64,000 nucleotides of DNA, from the NCBI GenBank assembly GCA_951406725.2, contig OX597816.1, positions 138,508,001 to 138,572,000 on the forward strand, read 5' to 3'. The DNA is from Octopus vulgaris. Its lineage: Eukaryota. The position numbers and the translations under genes were made by a program. The notes beneath the pieces are model-generated. The model searched no databases. It worked only from the letters and a program-made list of their open reading frames with translations, and was not told where the DNA came from. Below, in pieces: positions 55,180 to 64,000 of this stretch. Position 1 is the first letter of the stretch, and each line of letters opens with the position of its first letter.

Positions 55180-56259
55180 AAGGTATGTAGAAAAATACAA
55201 CATGGACAAGAACGTATAACTCAAGAAGACGATACAATAAACACGGACAGGACATTCGAAACCCTCAGTCTTCAGTCAAGAACCGGATCATCGTAGTAAT
55301 TTCGGCTGATTAATCTTGAGATTACTAGATCACGGCCAGCCCTCCAAGAAAAACTAAGCAACGAGCATTAGAAAAACTAAGCTGGGAGCGTAGATTTCCT
55401 GGAAGAAGGATCGAATGCATACGGACACCAGGACAGCAAAAGGGACGAATATAAAAAAACAAAAAAATAATGGAATACAGAAACATGAAATACAGAAGCA
55501 TTAACGGTGAAAACAACAAGTGTCTTACGACTGATAACAAGCAAACAAATTTTTTCTCTGGCGCAAGGAAAGGAGCCTTATCGGCGATGCCTATAGCGGC
55601 GGACGAAAAACAACGATGTTAACACGACGCTGGTCAGAAGCTGAAAGGCAGATTTCGGCCAGCAGTCACGTGACAGAGAAGAGAGAAAAGAAAAGAAAGA
55701 GAAGCAACGGAAGAGAGAGAGAGAGAGGAGAGAGAGAGAGGAGGGACAAACGCAACAAAGAGAGAGAAGAGAGAGAAAGAAGGAATCAGAGAGGGAGAAG
55801 GGATGGGTGTCGAAGAGCGACCTGTGAGTGCAGAGCGAGACAAAGAAATAGGAGGGTAGTGGAAGATTAGACCAAAGAATCAGAGGAAAGAGAAGAGAAA
55901 AAGAGGATGAGTAGAGAGTAAAAGTGAGAGAGAGAGAGAGACAAACAAAGAGTCGTACCAGTTATTAAGAATATGTGCTCACATTAATGTTAAGAGGGTA
56001 CGTGGCGCCTGGAATATATGTTAAGGTATGTAGAAAAATACAACATGGACAAGAACGTATAACTCAAGAAGACGATACAATAAACACGGACAGGACATTC
56101 GAAACCCTCAGTCTTCAGTCAAGAACCGGATCATCGTAGTAATTTCGGCTGATTAATCTTGAGATTACTAGATCACGGCCAGCCCTCCAAGAAAAACTAA
56201 GCAACGAGCATTAGAAAAACTAAGCTGGGAGCGTAGATTTCCTGGAAGAAGGATCGAAT
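55171..56259. mobile_element. Element with ~246-bp direct repeats (55171-55416 / 56014-56259), period 843 bp
   Basis: Two copies appear identical by eye; left copy abuts (TA)n; purine-rich spacer. Confidence 0.88.
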
Positions 56260-56272
56260 ATAAGCCTTATAG

Positions 56273-56463
56273 GTATAAAACACCATCAACAATTATAAAA
56301 ATGGAGAAGAGATGCTAAAAGATCAAAATTGGATTTAATATGCACTTACGAACGTTTCAGTCCTTGTATTGTCCTTTGAAACGTTCGTATGTGCATATTA
56401 AATCCAGTTTTGATCTTTTAACATCCCTTCTCCATTTTTATAATTGTTTATGGTGTTTTATAC
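56273..56463. repeat. Fold-back hairpin, ~87-bp arms and 17-nt loop
   Basis: Both arms begin TGAAACGTTCGTA; sequence resembles the 11510-11871 arms (TTTTAACA..C.TTCTCCAT). Confidence 0.9.
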
Positions 56464-56591
56464 ATATAATGAACTTGAAACACTTGTTATTTTCATATTC
56501 TTATTGCTTGCTCTAGCAGGATGTTTCTGAATATGATAAAATTTTATTAGAAATTATTTTCTCCCTTTTTGAATTGTTCTACTTGAACTTA

Positions 56592-56696
<105 letters not shown>

Positions 56697-56865
56697 GCAC
56701 AGATATATATATATATATTATTTATATATATATATATATATCAAGATTAATCAACCGAAATTGCCAGGATGATCCGGTTCTTGACTGAAGATTAAAGGCT
56801 TCGAATGACCCGTCTGTGCTTTTTGTATCGTCTATTTGGATGTTTTGTGTTCTTGTCTCATTTTG

Positions 56866-56920
<55 letters not shown>

Positions 56921-57548
56921 GGATGCATGGCCTAATGGTTTGGGTGTTGCACTCATGATCGCGAGATCGTGGTTTCAATTGCTAGACCGGGTGGTGCGCT
57001 GTATTCTTGAGCAAAACACTTCATCTCACGTTGCTCTGCAGTCACTTCACTTCAAGACTCGTCGTACACCGTTCTCCTCTCCAGGCAACGTCGATTTGAT
57101 GGAAGGTACCAGCTAATGTACACCACATACATTTGATCACCATAAACAAATCATTTGTCGTTCGGCAAAACAAGGAAGCTGAACATTCATATGTTGTCCT
57201 ATATATAAGCAACTGTTATTGCTGATGTGTTAGCGCTTGCTGTTAACAAATGAAATTAAAGGAAAATTTTAAGTGGATGATGGTTGGGGTGACCATGTCT
57301 GTAGCGACTCGATCTGACTGATTGGAGTCCTAGTCTGCCAACTTCACACAATGTCAATCACCCAAGAAGAACAAAACCAACAACAACAACTACTACTACT
57401 ATAAATCAGTTCCACTCCCCTTCGCCGTTTTCCTCCTCCTCTCGCATAAAACTTTGTGACATTTGCTCTCCACCATAAGAGATTTTCAATTCATTTGTCA
57501 TTTTACGCATCGCAAAACCACCCTCTTTCATCATCTTGCTCCTCCCTT

Positions 57549-57590
<42 letters not shown>

Positions 57591-58253
57591 ATTCCCTCTC
57601 CCTATGTTGCTTTGAGTGTGCACGCACACATATGTCCTTCCCCCTCACTTCCTTGTAGCAATGTTCATGCGGCAGCTGTTTAATAGACTGAACGTTGAAA
57701 GATAATGCGCGTGGATGGTTAGTTGAATGTTTGATTGAACACATGGATGGGTGGCTGGCTAGCTGGCTGGCTGGCTGGATGGATGGATGGAGGAATGGCT
57801 GGTTGGATGGCTGGATGGCTGGATGGTTGCCTGGATGGCTAGCTGGCGGGATGGCGGGATCGAGATGAATGGCCCGAAGCATGTGAGGACAGTTTCAATC
57901 TCCAAGTTTCTCAACGGATTGTGAATCCTACATACAACCCAGATGAACAATGAACAATGTTTCTTTGCTTTTTCTTTAATATATACACATGCATGGCTGT
58001 ATCAGTGTGTATCTGTATCTACATATCTTTATTCTATAAAGTTTACGTGTGTTTACATGTGTGATTGTCTACAAGCATTTGTTAGCATAGTCGTATGTAT
58101 AAGTCAGTGCGTGCGCATAAATGTGGAATTAAAATTTTCATGTATTTGTACCATTGTATTATCGATGTATCACATAATATACATCTGTGTGTGTATGTAC
58201 ACTTATGTCTATCTATATCGATCTATCTGTATGTCTATAAATCTCTCTCTCCT

Positions 58254-58356
<103 letters not shown>

Positions 58357-58422
58357 GTATGTATGTACATATGGACATATATATCTCTGTCTGTTTACCT
58401 GTGTGTCTGTCAGTCTGTCTAT

Positions 58423-58499
<77 letters not shown>

Positions 58500-60587
58500 T
58501 ATATATATACATATCTTATATGTGTATGTGTGTGTAACCTATAACACATGACCATATTATGTACACACTCACACATACATACACGATCGCAAACACACAC
58601 GTACACACATAATATGCATATATGCAGTTATACGCGTACTCACGCGTAGTTGTAGCTTAAAACATCGTTATATTCGTATATTATGTGCATGTGTATATAT
58701 ATTTGCGGGTGCGTGAAAAGTAGAGATAAGGAAACATGATAGTCATATATGAGACAGTAAAGAGAATTCATGAGAGATAAGAGGTGATGAAAAAAGAAAG
58801 AAAGAGTTTGTTATTATTTCTCTCTAACGTCATGACAGTGATTGTGAATTAATGTAGTGTAACGTTCTATATTTAATCTATACGGTTTTGTCTCATTCAA
58901 GCAACAGTAAATCTATGGAGATGAGAAAATGGCGCTCGGAGAAACGGTTTAATGTATATATGCGTATGAGCCTGTATGTGTGCATGTGTGTTCGAGGGGG
59001 AGTGAGTTAGCGCTTGGATATGAATGTGTTTTGGGGAGTATAGTTAGTGTGTGTGTGTGTGTGAAGGTGTATTAAAATAATGTACGATTGAGTGTGTGTA
59101 GTGTTGTGATTTGCAGGCATGTTACAGCGGCGTTTATCTCTGCACATATCGAAATTTGTTCATTTGTATTAAGGATGTGTGTATGTCATGTATATTTACG
59201 CTTCTATGAGTGCCTATACATATACATAGATTTATTTATGTATATTATATATATTATATATATAATATATGTATGTATATATACGATACATATTACATAC
59301 ATAAATACACACACACGCACACATATACAAACATGCGCAGACACATACGGATATATACATATAGTTACGTATATTATGCATATCTATCGAATCTATTTAT
59401 CTATCTGTGTATAAGTATGTGTATGTCTGTACATATATTAGACATACCCGTATACCTATGTGTGTGTGTGTGTGTAAGTATATACACGCGCATATACGTA
59501 TATACAGACAGTGGGAGGCAGATAGGGTGGTGTATGAGACAAACAGAGATCTTTGAAGGGCGCGTAAAGGTAATATTTAACGTTTTACTTGCTTCCATAC
59601 CATCTTCGCTTAGTGAATTTGATCATCCTGAACTAATAATGAAAGCGCTGTAAAAATGTTGTATATATAGTTTATATATTTCGAAATACTTTATGTTTGC
59701 CGCTAATGCAGTGTACTCTGATGAGTGGTACTTTCCCATTTTCTCAGGTAATAAATCTTTGCTGACTGCGCTTCAAATTATCGCTATCATTACAACATGT
59801 GCTTATTTGTATATTTCGACATTAACTTATTGTGTCGTCAATACATTTCACTGAAAACTACTAAAGCCATGAATCACCCTGTGTTGGCACTGACTATTAC
59901 AGCACTGGAGATAAATAGATCTTAAAAGTCGTATTGTTGAGGTACGTGGTTGATGTGTTACTGATGACCTTTAGGTTCTGTGCTACTGAGTTCACAATTT
60001 ATGTCTCTGCAGTGTGTTGCTATTCGTTTCCCCGCATTCATTCCCCATTAGTTATATCAGTATAAAGATTCACCTATTGTTAGTTATTGTCTGTTGAATG
60101 ACCGTGTCCTTAAAGATGGCGGTTATCACACAAGGATTATTTCTTTTATACACTATATTTTTCGGGCAAACGATGGAGCCCCAATACAGTAAGCAATTCT
60201 CCCTCAAAACACTATGATTCTTCAATTGTGCTTTCTTTCATATTCCATATCCGATAAAACATACATTATTCACAGCTAGGATACATTCTTAAATAGGTAT
60301 TTATGTTGCTACCAGTTCAAATATGTTTGGGACATATTCGAACGCATAAGAAAGTCGTTCTCTGCGTTTTGTCATAGAGAAAAATTTTAGCTGTCGACAA
60401 AAAGTCGTAACCACACCAAGTCAGTCCGAAGCGCCCTCAGTTAAACAATTCCCCACCAGCAATTTTTTTTTAAGTCTAACACTTATTTTATCGGTCTGTT
60501 TTTGCCGAACCATTAGGACACGAGGACGTACGCAAACCAACATCACTTATCAAATCGGTGTAAAATATATGTGCGTGTGTACGCCAC

Positions 60588-60690
<103 letters not shown>

Positions 60691-60745
60691 TACATATATA
60701 TAACAAATTAAAAGGGTGGCTTATTAGCAATTAGAACCTAAAGAT

Positions 60746-61220
60746 AAAATTAATAGAGGTCACAAAAGTGATGGAGGGTACTGAGCCACTAAAGCATTAT
60801 ACTTAATGACAGACAAAAGGATGTGAGTCCCGAGCGTACACAGCTGCATCGCGATTTGGAATTTTGGTGCAGACCACCTAAATTCTCATCAGGAGTTTTT
60901 ACCGCCTAGGGTTAAATCAACTACCTTTGTCAATCTTATAAGAAAAGCTGTTGAAATCATTTGCTGATTTTCAAAATGGTAAAAGTGTAAACAACAAATT
61001 AAAAGGGTGGTTTATTAGCAATTAGAACTGCTGATGAGAATTAAGGAGGTCTGCACCACAATTCGAAATCGCGATACGGCTTTACATGCGAGGGACTTAC
61101 CTCCATTTGTCAGTCATTACGTATAGTGCTTTATTTGCTTTAGAGTTAATTTAACTCCTATCTTAGCATAAGTTGTGCTAATCAGTACCATTCACCACTT
61201 TCGTGACCTCTATTAATTTT
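60746..61220. repeat. Head-to-head inverted pair of a hammerhead-bearing element between (TA)n tracts
   Basis: 60746-60892 is a diverged reverse complement of 61031-61220; 37-bp direct duplication at about 60702-60737 and 60993-61028. Confidence 0.85.
61028..61079 (+). ncRNA. Type-I hammerhead ribozyme
   Basis: CTG-CTGATGA-GAATT...AATTC-GAAAT-CGCG-ATA-CGG; palindromic stem III, predicted AUA site; the inverted copy at 60841-60893 has CAAA and ATG instead. Confidence 0.75.
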
Positions 61221-61274
61221 GCTTATATTACACACATATATATATATATATATATACATACATACATATATATA

Positions 61275-61317
<43 letters not shown>

Positions 61318-61320
61318 AAA

Positions 61321-61379
<59 letters not shown>

Positions 61380-61608
61380 CATACATATATATATATATAT
61401 ATATAATATATATATAATATATATATATATATAATATTAATATCAAAAAATAATAAAAATACATATAATATAAACAAAATAAAATAATAATAAATAAATA
61501 ATATGTACATATATATACATACATATATAAGTAAATAAATGGAGTTAAACGCAAGTGTTATTCAAATTCTTTTACTTTCGGCATATATTTTGAAGACAAC
61601 ATTTGTTT

Positions 61609-61700
61609 TATTCCAAAGGAATAAACGGTGTAAAATAATGTAATCTTCTCATCAGGATGAGAAGATTACATTATTTGACATCGTTTATTCCTTTGGAATA
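61609..61700. repeat. Near-perfect 45-bp-arm hairpin next to (TA)n
   Basis: TATTCCAAAGGAATAAACG...CTTCTCATC-AG-GATGAGAAG...CGTTTATTCCTTTGGAATA. Confidence 0.92.
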
Positions 61701-61722
61701 TATATATATACACACACACATA

Positions 61723-61783
<61 letters not shown>

Positions 61784-61975
61784 GTGTGTGAGTTAGAGGT
61801 TGGGAAACGATAGTACCTATCCAATATACTGCTGGCAGTGTGCCCAATTATTCATACCCAAGTGCTGGTTATTGTGTGGCAATCTCGCAATTGAGTGTCA
61901 TATATGGACGGGGGTAAAAAGTAGTAAAAGTGGTTTGCCCTTAATTTGTACGGCAAATAACAAAATGGAGAGGAG

Positions 61976-62038
<63 letters not shown>

Positions 62039-62189
62039 ATATATATTATATAATAAATGCGAAAACAAATTTCTATGTGTCAGTGTGTTACACTTTGACC
62101 CTCTCTCTCACTATTGAATAGCACTTCTACTATTCCTCATGATGAGGTGAGAATAATAGTAGGCATAGAGACTGTGAGGGCAGTGGCAA

Positions 62190-62228
<39 letters not shown>

Positions 62229-63278
62229 AAAGAAAAGGAGAGAAAGAAATACAATCATATTTAGGGGAGCGGGGGCTGATGATGTTTTACTATAAGTAGT
62301 AGTGTTGTAGTGGGAGTAATAATAAAAGAGAGAGAATGAGTTGGTATGTTACAGAAAGAGGGAGATGATGTACAACCTTTTGTTTAACCTTGTCTCTTTG
62401 ATATACATACATTCATACCTATATACATACATATACCAACCAAAGCTATGTGAGTGGATTTGATAGACAGAAACTGAAAGAAGCCCGTCGTAATAATATT
62501 TGTGTGTGTGTGTGTCTTTGTGTCTCTGTTTCTCCTCTACCACCGCTTGACAACCGGTGTTGGTGTATTTACCTCCATGTAGTTTAACAAAAGAATAAGT
62601 ACCGAGGTTGATTCATTCAGGAAGCTACTTACCGCATGAAAGAAATGTCACGTAATGCTTGGGTTTTTGCTAGTTCCAGGAGGTGATACTCTCTGTTGAG
62701 AAATACCCGCTGGGGAAATCTTCACAATATACTTATATTTATTTATGGCGTGATTTCAAATTAACACTCTCCATTAATCAATTTCACATTGACTTTGATA
62801 TCCAGATTTTTAATCGTTTAAATGAACATGCTTTTGAATTGCTTTAAGGTTTTACTTCGAGTGCAGAATCAATCCATCTCACTTACTGCGCGGAAATCCA
62901 AGTAATATAATAAACGATTAGAAATAACCCGTTTGACTCGGAGGAGAATAAAAGAATAACACTGGAATATGTCATTTATTCAACAGGACAGATATATTGA
63001 CTGTTAACTAATTGAGAAATTATAAATTAATGCGAATGTCGGAAGATAACAATGTTAGAATGCATAAAATGGATTTTGATCTGAGAATTAATTGTAGAAT
63101 ATTTGAATGTTCCATAAACAGCGATAAAAATACTGAAATTCATTAAAATATGCAAATGAGAACCATTTTTGGATTTCAATAAACATGAAGAATTAACTAC
63201 ACATTTCACAAAATTGTCTCGAATCATAATAATTTCTATAATTACTTTACAGTTTTTGTTTCCAAGACAACTCAGCTG

Positions 63279-63279
<1 letters not shown>

Positions 63280-63344
<65 letters not shown>

Positions 63345-63406
63345 TGTTGTTGTTGTTGTTGTTGTTGCTGTTATCATCATCATCATCATCATCATCATTA
63401 TTATTA

Positions 63407-63445
<39 letters not shown>
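63280..63445. repeat. Compound (TTA)(TTG)(TCA) microsatellite
   Basis: Direct reading. Confidence 0.97.
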
Positions 63446-63447
<2 letters not shown>

Positions 63448-64000
63448 CCCCCCCCCACTTTATACATGTCTTTGTATTGTTCCCCACATCCTTCGCCCTG
63501 GAGACAAATAAAAGTAATCATCGTCATCATTATTGTTATTAGCATACCCGTTTCGTAAAAAATGTCGACAATTTTATCAAAGATATGAAATGGCACATCA
63601 GCACAATGGAAGAAACGATTGATAAATGTCAGCAATCTAGCAAATATATATACATACACAGAACTGAAGAATGAGATTCTAACGTCTCGGTTGAAAATAT
63701 CGTACACACGCACATATACACTTGTACACACACACACACACACAGACACACACACACACACACACACATACATATATATATATTACGGAGATGTACTTGC
63801 ATAGCAAGTATCCTGATCTGAGATCGTGCGCTGGAACGAAACATAGATACATACACATACACGCATATATATATCGAGAGAGAGAGAGAAGGAAAGAGAG
63901 AGAGAGAAGAAATTGGGACATAAAGATAGATAGATAAGTTTCTTTATTGGCCACACAGGGCTGCACACTGATGGGACAAGTTACAAGGTAGAGCTTTTCT

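Noticed and set aside
59718-59740. Isolated CTGATGA motifs (also about 13563, 18459, 33137, 35147)
   Set aside because: No properly placed stem II, GAAA and stem I partners
59520-60400. Possible hAT transposase relic (LIRVHCI on the minus strand)
   Set aside because: Only one short motif; no consistent frame or terminal repeats could be traced
63027-63773. Longest ORF (248 aa) and the many YIYI/CVCV/poly-I/poly-N ORFs
   Set aside because: They are translations of stop-free microsatellites with no domain-like content

Overview
AT-rich eukaryotic non-coding DNA saturated with microsatellites ((TA)n, (GT)n, (GATA)n, (TACA)n, (TAA)n, (ATG)n). The repeat landscape suggests a cephalopod (Octopus-like) genome; this is my inference, not a search result. 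Almost all ORFs in the supplied track are microsatellite translations. No intact protein-coding gene is demonstrable; two minus-strand exon candidates are weak. Recognisable content: many tRNA-derived SINEs of at least three families, and decayed fragments of mariner, Helitron, Ty3/Gypsy, Hero-, R4/Dong-, RTE- and CR1/L2-like LINEs, plus a possible Penelope ORF. The most striking unexplained signal is a set of short, mutually divergent non-coding elements abutting (TA)n/(GATA)n tracts. They carry minimal type-I hammerhead ribozyme folds (about 8 intact or near-intact, several degenerate) and are often arranged as inverted or fold-back pairs, consistent with a diverse non-autonomous Penelope-like/retrozyme system targeting microsatellites. 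Element boundaries were read by eye and are approximate.
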